Source: Gammaproteobacteria bacterium (GTDB taxonomy: Bacteria; Pseudomonadota; Gammaproteobacteria; Pseudomonadales; Cellvibrionaceae). From it: a DNA stretch of 64,000 bases. The stretch is from contig JAGKWO010000007.1 of NCBI GenBank assembly GCA_021151835.1, forward strand, positions 7,064 through 71,063, written 5' to 3'. Below are positions 48,601-56,291 of the stretch, in pieces. How positions within the stretch are numbered: position 1 is the stretch's first letter; each line of letters opens with the position of its first letter. The translations under genes and the position numbers were made by a program. The notes beneath the pieces are model-generated. The model searched no databases. It saw only the letters and a list, made by a program, of their open reading frames with translations, and was not told the DNA's origin.

Positions 48601-48938
48601 ACCAATAACCGTGCTGCTTCGGCAATCGAGTAGCGACCCACCACGGGATTGGTGGTTATGTTCGCTGCGTCATCGAATGGAAAAATCAACGTGATATCAG
48701 CTTGTCCGGCAAACTCAGTGAGCGAAAGATCTGCGCGTTGCTGAGGAATATCGAACTCGATAATTTTATTCAGGTCGGTATTTTCGGCCCATACAGGCGT
48801 AATTGTTCCGGCCAGGATGGCAGCTACCAACAATCGAAAAACTATCGGTTCGTTTATATCAGCGGCGAGGGTTTTGCTCGCGTGCTTAATAGACGAACCG
48901 ATTATTTTTTTCCGCCATTTCATTCGGAACTTCTGCAT
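45642..48938 (-). CDS. TonB-dependent transducer (STN domain + plug + barrel)
   Basis: FDIPQQRADLSLTEFAGQA STN domain; EELIVTG TonB box; DAISSEDIGKFPDTNLAESLQRITGV plug; C-terminal Phe. Long-form start uncertain. Confidence 0.92.
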   Translation of the reverse strand: MQKFRMKWRKKIIGSSIKHASKTLAADINEPIVFRLLVAAILAGTITPVWAENTDLNKIIEFDIPQQRADLSLTEFAGQADITLIFPFDDAANITTNPVVGRYSIAEAARLLVANTNLSVTIDAKGLLTITPLETHEELDPMHNKNKLSAIIGLLTSMVGTQVIAQDTTTSTAANGQVEELIVTGIRGSLQRSMDVKRDAGGVVDAISSEDIGKFPDTNLAESLQRITGVSIDRSGGEGQLITVRGFGPEFNTVLINGRQMATENLSRAFSFDTVASELVSGLEVHKTSTAAMQSGGVGSTVNVKTARPFDMKGFKVAGSVKAAYEENSEDTTPQISGLISNTFNEEKLGVLLAVSHQERETRLNQAQVDGWLEFKPNADPALNQGIPWAELNNGAGVAAGSTIFSPRNYDHKVTFEERTRTNASLVLQFAASDNLTLTADAIYSDFDIETNALSYGHWFTAPNITEATTDENNTVVDLRQDTGLATDMHAKKFDRLTETSLFGLNADWQVNDNLNLNIDATFSNAERAANNGGGDQLSLIGYFNRVRLQVDDNILPYASDFETANPGIYSGQQALDNVAYLDTSDPNYEPPAGVSDFLDKSNSRAHVMLRRGWAVDDEVNQFKMDGTWDEGSNAGLVKIKFGALFSSEEKALERWDNEGVGIHCTYCGYPDSPVIPADMQYIFDAGDDFLGDVSGSGRMPTKWLAHDGEKQFAYLESISGKNFDAVKRDNSFIVEEDTLAFYLESDFAGEVAGMPISSSAGVRIESTDVSVSGTEATVTGLRILDETEMLAEYGTARAVNVDDSYDAILPNMSIKLDITDTMVVRAAASKTLTRPTLTSMAPVTVITTTRQGGNLASTSGNAELKPFESDNFDLSWEWYYGDASYVSAGYFKKDVANFIVNTLEDKTFTLPDGSLLLDPSTGTNTGAADAGDKVATFKNTIPTNGEEATVDGLELGIQHTFGESGFGVMLNATLVDSDAELDPADVTQVFALTGLSDSMNLVGFYEQGPVQIRLAYNQRDEFVQSLTQTNGNGPTLVEDYEQWDLSASYDITDELTVFVEGINLTEEYVHKRGRYENQLLLIEDSGRRWVMGLRASF

Positions 48939-49220
48939 TTTTTTGAGCGGTTATTCTAGTTATTTGTGCATTCTTGTAGTGGTATACGCCAATATTTGCG
49001 CGAAGTCTGGTGAGCATAAAGGCTTGGGCGATACACAACAAGCAGCTTTACGTGTCAAGGTTGGTTTATTGGGGAAATAATGCGGATGAATACGGTTTTA
49101 TTTTTTGAAGCGCCTGCTAACAAATTAAATTTTTCTTATTGTCAGTTGCAATTTATGACTATATTGCAGCGACTACTGCTCACCTTGTCATGTGAACAGC
49201 GTCACTATTGAAATTAAAAT

Positions 49221-50282
49221 CTAGCGGCTATAAAGGCGAATTTTGTTGTGGTTTATGCGTTCGTGGCCGATATGAAAATTTTGCTCCAATGCGGCCAGCA
49301 GGCCATCGACATCCCCCGCTTTGAATAACCCGGCGATGCGTTCCTGTTTGATAAGGTCGTCGCCAATTTCGAATTGCACAGGCGTGTAGCGATTGATTTC
49401 GCGCACCGCTTGCTCCAGGGTTTCACCGCGAAATACCAGATTGCCTTGCCGCCAGCTCAAGCTGGTTGCGATTTCACTTTCATCAACTTTGGCAATTTTT
49501 TCGTTCTGTGTACCCAATACGATTTTTTCCCCTTTGGCGATCGCTAGCGATGAGGTGGGCAGGCGCTCGGGAATAATGGCATCAATCGTTGTTGCCGGTG
49601 TATTTTGCGCGACCAATACTTTTCCATCGGTGACTAATAGTGCAACTTCCTTATCGTTATAGATGCGCACATTAAACGCGGTGCCTACCGCTTGTACCAC
49701 TTTGTTACGCGCGACGACACTGAGTGGTCGCGCTTTATCGTGGGCCACTTCAATATTAATTTCACCGCGCTCGAGGAAAAATAAACGATGGCCTGCGCTG
49801 TATTTAACGGTTACACGGCTGTTGGTATTGAGTACCAGTTGCGATCCGTCAGGAAGATTGACATTGGAATGTTCACCTATCGCCGTTTCGTAAACTCCAT
49901 CAATCATTGCTGACGGGAATTGTTGCGAAGCCATAAATATTGATGGTAATTGTGCAGTGAAATTACTGCCAAACAATACGGCGATTAATAATAGCGATGC
50001 GGCTATAGCACTGTAATAACGCCCTTTATATGCAGGCTTTTTGGCGGGGGTCTGGAACAAATCAGCGAGGCGTGCGAGGCTATCCATTTTGTCCCATAAG
50101 GTTGCCATGTCAAATAAAACCCTGCGATGGGTTTCACTGATGGCGAGCCATTGCTGCAATTCTTTTTGCTCAGCGGGGGTAAGCTGGCGATCCAGTCGGG
50201 CGATCCATAAACTGGCCTGGTCTTCAATCTGTTCTTTGTTGAGGCTGTTGTGGTTGCCGGGAAAGTCAATAATATTGCTCAT
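49221..50282 (-). CDS. FecR-family anti-sigma factor
   Basis: QASLWIARL N-terminal domain, TM segment, LPDGSQLVLNTNS, AVGTAFNV and WRQGNLVF motifs. Confidence 0.93.
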   Translation of the reverse strand: MSNIIDFPGNHNSLNKEQIEDQASLWIARLDRQLTPAEQKELQQWLAISETHRRVLFDMATLWDKMDSLARLADLFQTPAKKPAYKGRYYSAIAASLLLIAVLFGSNFTAQLPSIFMASQQFPSAMIDGVYETAIGEHSNVNLPDGSQLVLNTNSRVTVKYSAGHRLFFLERGEINIEVAHDKARPLSVVARNKVVQAVGTAFNVRIYNDKEVALLVTDGKVLVAQNTPATTIDAIIPERLPTSSLAIAKGEKIVLGTQNEKIAKVDESEIATSLSWRQGNLVFRGETLEQAVREINRYTPVQFEIGDDLIKQERIAGLFKAGDVDGLLAALEQNFHIGHERINHNKIRLYSR

Positions 50283-50857
50283 AGTGTGCCCCCTGTTGCG
50301 GGCGTTGCCGGTACTGGATTTTCTGCGCTTTCTCTTTCGCGTTCCATATGGTGCTGGCGATTTGCCATAAATTGCGTGCAGCGTTTAATCCCGCTGGCGA
50401 TGTGTTTTTCGACGGTGTTTTCACTGATATCCAATTGCAGTGCAATTTCTTTTTGTGAATAGCCGTATACTTTTTTCAATACAAAGGCTTTGCGGCATTG
50501 CAGCGGAAGCTGCCGCACGGCCTCGCAAAAATGGCCAAATTCCTGGTTGGCCGCCACACGGTCAAAGGTATCGTCCGGGCGGCTGATAAATTCCAGTAGT
50601 TCCTGCTCATCATCAAGGCTAACCGTTAGCCGTGTCTCCGCTTTTTTTAAATGGTCGAGCGCCAGGTTTTGTGCAGTGCGCAACATAAACGAGCGTGGGA
50701 ATTGAATGTCTTGCTGGTTTTCCACCTGGCAGACCCGCACATAGGTTTCCTGCACTATGTCTTCCACTTCGCGCGGCGGTACCAGGCGCGACACCGCGCG
50801 TGCCAGCGATGTACGCAAGCCGACAAACAGGCTGGTGATGTTATCGTTATTCGCCAT
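50279..50857 (-). CDS. ECF sigma-70 factor (FecI-like)
   Basis: EDIVQETY region 2; LP..CRKAFVL...GYSQKEIA..L.ISENTVEKH region 4; overlaps the fecR start. Confidence 0.93.
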   Translation of the reverse strand: MANNDNITSLFVGLRTSLARAVSRLVPPREVEDIVQETYVRVCQVENQQDIQFPRSFMLRTAQNLALDHLKKAETRLTVSLDDEQELLEFISRPDDTFDRVAANQEFGHFCEAVRQLPLQCRKAFVLKKVYGYSQKEIALQLDISENTVEKHIASGIKRCTQFMANRQHHMERERESAENPVPATPATGGTL

Positions 50858-51653
50858 AGGCTCTCGTCATTATGGATTGGCTCAACGGTATAGACGAAAC
50901 AGGTGTTATTTTCCGCCATAGCCATCAAAAATTCAGTCTGATTCGCATCAATGTAGAGTGCAAGGCTATTGCGGTGGGTAAAAGCTCGGGCGGTAGGGGG
51001 GGGGCAGGATATGCCTACTGGATATTCATCAGCCATCAGTATCGATTGGCGTTTAGCGGTAGCGCTTCGCGGGCACAACTGCATGATTGACTGGGCGCAA
51101 TCTCCTGTGCTGTCTGGCGTGTAAACCTGGCGCATCCCCGTGGCTAGTGGTTCCTTAATCTAGCTACCTGCGGATAAAGTGCAGGCTTTTATGGCACTTA
51201 AATTTTTCTCGGTAATTTAATAAGGCGCGTGGGCTTCAGACCCGTCATCCAGGGCTTGTTGAAAGTAGTCAGGCCGTTTCAGTAATGACAGATCACGATT
51301 CATGGGATTGCAGGTTTTTGTTTTCGTCTGTTGGGTAAATAGCAGTTCATGGGTTCGTTGGTAACCATGAATGAGAAAAATTGACAGGTGACATTAGGGA
51401 GCGTCTCTATTGGTTGTAAAAAAATCAGGGAAATTATTCAGTGCAATAGCACATTTGCAATGTGGAAATTATTTCGACAATTACAGGTGAATAATTTTTT
51501 ATTACAGGGCAGATGCAGAGGTAAAACAAAACTACCGGGGAAAATGGTAATTGTTCACTGAGAATTTTCTCGAACATTGTTACGGAAAAAATTTAATGTG
51601 ATGTTAGTAGTATTCAGGAAATTTTTTTGAAGGAAATTTGCTTATAAATCGCA

Positions 51654-51673
51654 CCCTGACCTTAAGGACAGTT
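51654..51673. promoter_or_regulatory. lux/las-box-like site
   Basis: CCCTGACCTTAAGGACAGTT = NNCT-N12-AGNN, nearly palindromic, abutting TTGATT. Confidence 0.6.
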
Positions 51674-52351
51674 GATTAATGGCAATGACAACTTGCTTAA
51701 TAAGTAAAAAATATAGTGTTATTTAAACTGATGATTACGCTGCCAATTCGTTGGAAAGTTGAATCGACCAATTATTTTGTCATGTCAGTTTCTATTTTTC
51801 ACGGTAAAAAATTTGCAATGTCATTGGTTTTATTTACAATCCGGTTCTCGTGATAGGCGCGTTATTCGTTGTGGCTGATTAAAAAAAGTAAGTCAAATGC
51901 GGAAAGGAATTCCGTTAATAATAATGAAACGAATTCGAAGTAGTTTTTATTGAATTTAAATGGCCTGAATTTGTTTCGGGTTGATGTGAGCGATAAAAAC
52001 GGAATGCTGTAAAAGCTTGTTGCAGCATATTCACTAGATCTTAGGGATGGTAAAATACTTGCAGCTAACCTACCGGTGTAGGATTGTCACTGTGGCTATT
52101 TTAAGCCATCCATACTGCCCTTCGGCAACTCTATTGAATAGTTCTGCAAAACAAACCTAAAGGCAATGTGGGTTGCCCCCTATTTTCCTGTTTTATACGG
52201 AAAATGATGCTTTTGAGATGGTGCACAAGGAAGGTTACGAACTGTTTAGCTAAGGAAACGGTTGCTGGAGACTAAGATGTATTCTTTAAGTGAATGTATT
52301 CTGCCGGCTCATGAACCATTAATTTGCTAAACCCAATCTATTACTATTTTT

Positions 52352-53137
52352 TTGATAATGGTATTTGGTATGGCAGCATATGATACAGAAAGTCTTGCTA
52401 TCGACGAGCGGGAAAGTAAGGTGAAATCGTTAGTGAGTTCACCGCAAGATATTAACCTCTACCTGGGTCTCACCCAGACTGACGTAGAATCCCTGATGAA
52501 AGTGGTCAGTCAGCTTCAAAGTATAAACAACGCAGAAAGCCAGTTAATTGGATCGATTTCAAAACATCTGGAGGAAATGCTGGCAATAGGCGGTAGTGCA
52601 TTGGGTATATATTACCCGGCGAATCGCGAAAACCAGATTATCACCAGTTCAATAAACCTGGAATTTATTCCCAATTTCGGTACATACCCTTGCCCGATGA
52701 ATGGCGTACTTTCGTCCGATTCCGAGCATGGACGTTATGTAATTTTTTTCGACAGCCAGGGCGCAAGTTTTTACACCTACCTCTGCTTGCATATAGGTGT
52801 CCAGGATTTGCAGGACAGGCAAAAGCAAATTATCAATTTTATTCTTCCCTATCTTTTTTCGTGCATGAAACGATTGCATTTGATTTCCTGCCGCTTGACT
52901 GAATACGGTTTGACCAGCCGTGAACAGGAAGTCGTTAAATGGATTATAGAAGGTAAAGATAATTGGTCTATTAGCAGGATTCTTAACGTATCCGAGCGAA
53001 CGGTTAAGTTTCATAACTGCAATATTTATAAAAAGTTAGGCGTGAGCGCGAAAGCAGAAGTTATCTGTGAATATCACAAGTTGCTGACATCAATTCATGT
53101 ATCTACAAATACTGCAATAAAATTAGGCGTTGGCTGA
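52352..53137 (+). CDS. LuxR-family transcriptional regulator with atypical N-terminal domain
   Basis: C-terminal LTSREQEVVKWIIEGKDNWSISRILNVSERTVKFH HTH. Start uncertain (ATG 52358 or 52370). Confidence 0.88.
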   Translation: MIMVFGMAAYDTESLAIDERESKVKSLVSSPQDINLYLGLTQTDVESLMKVVSQLQSINNAESQLIGSISKHLEEMLAIGGSALGIYYPANRENQIITSSINLEFIPNFGTYPCPMNGVLSSDSEHGRYVIFFDSQGASFYTYLCLHIGVQDLQDRQKQIINFILPYLFSCMKRLHLISCRLTEYGLTSREQEVVKWIIEGKDNWSISRILNVSERTVKFHNCNIYKKLGVSAKAEVICEYHKLLTSIHVSTNTAIKLGVG

Positions 53138-54345
53138 TGTGCGATAGCAAGAAAAAATATTTTAACCGTTACTTGGGTGGTATCTGCGTTTTTGGTTCAA
53201 TCGTTTTTCATACTGGCAACGCTGCTGCAGTCGAGCTTACTGCGAATCTTGGTCTGGCCTACAGGGAGTACACTGAATCAGCTTCTTTCGCACAGCAAGA
53301 AGGGGGAGGTTTCAGTTTTACTGCGCAAGGTGAGCTAAGGGAAAAATGGAATGATGATAATACTGTGCTAACAGTCCTACCGTTTTACCGCCAGGATGAG
53401 ATGGATGAAGAGCGATCGCATGGTGATATTCGCCAGCTGGATCTTATCCATTCTGCGAATAACTGGGAATATCAAGTTGGTATTGGAAAAGTGTTCTGGG
53501 GTGTAGCGGAATCCTCGCATTTGGTTGACGTTATTAATCAAACAGACAGCATTGAAAGCCTTGATGGTGAGGAAAAGCTGGGTCAGCCGTTGATAAGGGT
53601 TGGTCACTTCTTTGACAGTGGCGCGATTAGTTTTTTCGTATTGCCTTATTTTCGCGAACGTACATTTCCAGGTGAATCCGGTCGGTTAAGGTTTTCAATG
53701 GTAGTGGATACCGACAACCCTGAATATGAGTCAGCGCAGGAAGAAAAGCATATTGATTACGCTGCGCGCCTGCAAAAAAATATCGAAAGTGTGGATATAG
53801 GGCTTTCCTATTTCGATGGCACCGCGCGAATGCCACTTTTTACGCCGGATTTTACGGCAAATACGTTGCGCCCGTTTTATCCGTTGATGAAACAAACCGG
53901 GTTGGATGTTCAATATACGGGTGATAAATGGCTATGGAAGCTGGAGGCGATATATCGCGATTTATCGTTTGATAATTATGCTGCCGAAGTGGGTGGTTTT
54001 GAATATACAATTCCAGGTGTAGCTAACACCAATATTGAATTGGGGCTGATTGCTGAATATCACTATGATTCTCGTGGGGATGTTGTGGATGCGCCCTTCC
54101 AGGATGATATTTTTGCCGGTGCGCGGCTGGTATTTAATGATTTGGATGCGGAGTGTTTGGTGGGCGGGTATTATGACCGCAACAATCAATCCAAAAGTTT
54201 TCTGCTTGAATTCACCCTGCGTATGTCAAATAACATGCAATTGAATGTTGAAGCGCAAGCCTTTTCCAATATCGATAGACTCGATCCTTTTTATGATTTC
54301 CGCAACGATGATTTTATTGAGGCGGAATTCAAGTATTTCTTTTGA
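53137..54345 (+). CDS. Outer-membrane beta-barrel / porin-like protein
   Basis: Signal peptide, KVFWGVAES.HLVDVINQ and LPYFRERTFPG motifs, amphipathic strands, terminal YFF; translationally coupled to luxR. Confidence 0.75.
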   Translation: MCDSKKKYFNRYLGGICVFGSIVFHTGNAAAVELTANLGLAYREYTESASFAQQEGGGFSFTAQGELREKWNDDNTVLTVLPFYRQDEMDEERSHGDIRQLDLIHSANNWEYQVGIGKVFWGVAESSHLVDVINQTDSIESLDGEEKLGQPLIRVGHFFDSGAISFFVLPYFRERTFPGESGRLRFSMVVDTDNPEYESAQEEKHIDYAARLQKNIESVDIGLSYFDGTARMPLFTPDFTANTLRPFYPLMKQTGLDVQYTGDKWLWKLEAIYRDLSFDNYAAEVGGFEYTIPGVANTNIELGLIAEYHYDSRGDVVDAPFQDDIFAGARLVFNDLDAECLVGGYYDRNNQSKSFLLEFTLRMSNNMQLNVEAQAFSNIDRLDPFYDFRNDDFIEAEFKYFF

Positions 54346-54374
54346 TGTGAGAATTAAATACTGCGAACATTAAA

Positions 54375-54418
54375 CTCCGGAAGACATAATTTATTGGGAA
54401 AAATTATGTCTTTCGGAG
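54375..54418. terminator. 18-bp inverted repeat between convergent operons
   Basis: CTCCGGAAGACATAATTT...AAATTATGTCTTTCGGAG. Confidence 0.7.
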
Positions 54419-54426
54419 GTGGCTAT

Positions 54427-54471
54427 TTTTTCACTGCAATGTTTTTCACTGCAATGTTTTTACCGCAAATG
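54427..54471. repeat. 15-bp tandem repeat (two exact copies, one degenerate)
   Basis: tttttcactgcaatg x2, then tttttaccgcaaatg. Confidence 0.8.
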
Positions 54472-54519
54472 GTTCATAGTGGAAATAGTTTACGCCGGAA
54501 ATAGATGGGTGTAGTGCCA

Positions 54520-55251
54520 TCATGCTAATGCCGGCTCTGGTATCGCTGCGGGTATTTTAGTCGACAGTTTTTGCAGGGCGATTAACGGATCCTGAGCTTG
54601 CAGGAGCGATGTTCCCACCAATAAACCATCAAAGCCAGCCGCATAAAGAACATTCGCTTCAAGGGAGGTGCTTATACCGCTCGCACTAATCAGTGCACCG
54701 GCTTTACCTTTAGCGCCAGCAATTAACGAAAAGCTTTTTAGTCCGCTGTCTAGATCCATTTCCTTGCGTGCAATATCCCTGTTGGCAATACCAATAATTG
54801 TTTGCTGGTAGGAGGGCAATGAAGCTATTTCTTCTTCAGTGGCCACCTCGATAAACGGCGTAACTTGCAATGAGAGGCATAGGTCAATCATTTTTTCCAG
54901 GTGTGAAGGTTGCAGTACTTTTTTTGTGAGCAAAACTGCATTCGCTCCATAGTCGATGCTTTTTTTGATTTGATCGAGGTTGACGATTAAATCCTTGCGC
55001 AACAGCGGTAATGATGTGAGTTTTGCAACCCGCGCCAACATATCCAGTTCACCACCAAACCAGCGGCCGGTTACTACCGATATGCAGGCAGCTCCACCCG
55101 TTACATAGGCATCAACAATATCTTCGATACTGCGTTCCTTCAATAACTGGCCAGCACTGGGTGATGACGGCTTGATTTCAGCAATAATTGGTATGCGCTT
55201 TGTGGCTTTTACGTTGGCAATTCTTTCCAGCCAGGCCTGACGTTGTGACAT
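54520..55251 (-). CDS. Indole-3-glycerol-phosphate synthase-like protein (divergent TrpC paralog)
   Basis: IAEIKPSSPSAG, LLRKDLI, FIEV, GIANRD, SASGI and LVGTSL motifs. Confidence 0.88.
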   Translation of the reverse strand: MSQRQAWLERIANVKATKRIPIIAEIKPSSPSAGQLLKERSIEDIVDAYVTGGAACISVVTGRWFGGELDMLARVAKLTSLPLLRKDLIVNLDQIKKSIDYGANAVLLTKKVLQPSHLEKMIDLCLSLQVTPFIEVATEEEIASLPSYQQTIIGIANRDIARKEMDLDSGLKSFSLIAGAKGKAGALISASGISTSLEANVLYAAGFDGLLVGTSLLQAQDPLIALQKLSTKIPAAIPEPALA

Positions 55252-56291
55252 TATGCAATCTCCTTGCTGGCATGATCATGGCTAAATTCCCTGGCTTTAT
55301 GTAACAAGCGGAAGGCGTTGCCTGATTCAATGGCAGCGGTTGCGGCAAAAATAGCTTCAGCGGGTGTTGTATATTTTTGAGCGACTACCAGTAAATAGGC
55401 TGCATTCAGAATCACTGTGTCACGTGCTGCCGAGGGTTGTGTAGATTTTAAAAGCGATTCCATTATGGAGACATTGGTTTCCGGCGTGCCGCCATTCAAT
55501 TGATTAATGTCGGTGTATCGAAAACCGTAGATAGCCGGATCGAATTCAGCTCTGCTAATAATGCCGTCTTGAATTCTGGCAGAATAATTTTTTCCAATCG
55601 CAGAAAATTCATCCAGGCCAATTTCTGCCGATGCAATAATGCTGTTGTTCATTCCGAGTGAAGCAAACGCACTGGCAAAGGTATCAATCAAGCCCGGTTG
55701 GCGCACACCGCAAATTTGACCACTAACCTGGAACGGGCAGAGCAAGGGGCCAAGTGTATTGATAAATCCGCCAATCTCACGCAAGTTAAACGGTATGACG
55801 GAGACTGCTATGCGCCGTAAAACAGATGAGTACATACCAGGGCTAACAAAACCGATATTCAATTCCTCCAGCATGCGTTGCAAGCCTTGCTCATCCTGAT
55901 TCAAATTAAAACCAAGGTGTTGCAATACGTCCAGCGAACCGCATTGGCTATTGTAGGAATAGGAGCCGCTTTTAATGACTTTGGCTCCGGCAGCGGCGGC
56001 CACAAAAGTTGCTGTAGTGCTGATATTAAATGTGGATAAACCGCCGCCGGTGCCAACAATGTTGACCGCTTCGTGCGATACAGACAGTTGGCGTTTTGGC
56101 GTTTCCTTTTCTATAAACCTGACGAAAGCCACTGCGTCATTCAGGTTTAATGGTTTCGCTGCTAATGCGGCTAATAGCGCAGGTAAAACATGTTTTTGGC
56201 TGCGATCAAATATAGCTGCTGAAAATAATGAAAAGTAATCTGCTTCGTCAATGTCTGAATCATTGCGAATAATTTTACGCAGTATGCTCAC
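55251..56291 (-). CDS. Anthranilate phosphoribosyltransferase-like protein (divergent TrpD paralog)
   Basis: IVGTGG, TFNIST, GSLDVL, NTLGPL, GLDEFS and VILNAA motifs. Confidence 0.88.
   Translation of the reverse strand: MSILRKIIRNDSDIDEADYFSLFSAAIFDRSQKHVLPALLAALAAKPLNLNDAVAFVRFIEKETPKRQLSVSHEAVNIVGTGGGLSTFNISTTATFVAAAAGAKVIKSGSYSYNSQCGSLDVLQHLGFNLNQDEQGLQRMLEELNIGFVSPGMYSSVLRRIAVSVIPFNLREIGGFINTLGPLLCPFQVSGQICGVRQPGLIDTFASAFASLGMNNSIIASAEIGLDEFSAIGKNYSARIQDGIISRAEFDPAIYGFRYTDINQLNGGTPETNVSIMESLLKSTQPSAARDTVILNAAYLLVVAQKYTTPAEAIFAATAAIESGNAFRLLHKAREFSHDHASKEIA

Noticed and set aside
50755-51135. 126-aa ORF overlapping the ECF sigma start
   Set aside because: Out-of-frame overlap with the sigma gene and no protein-like features.
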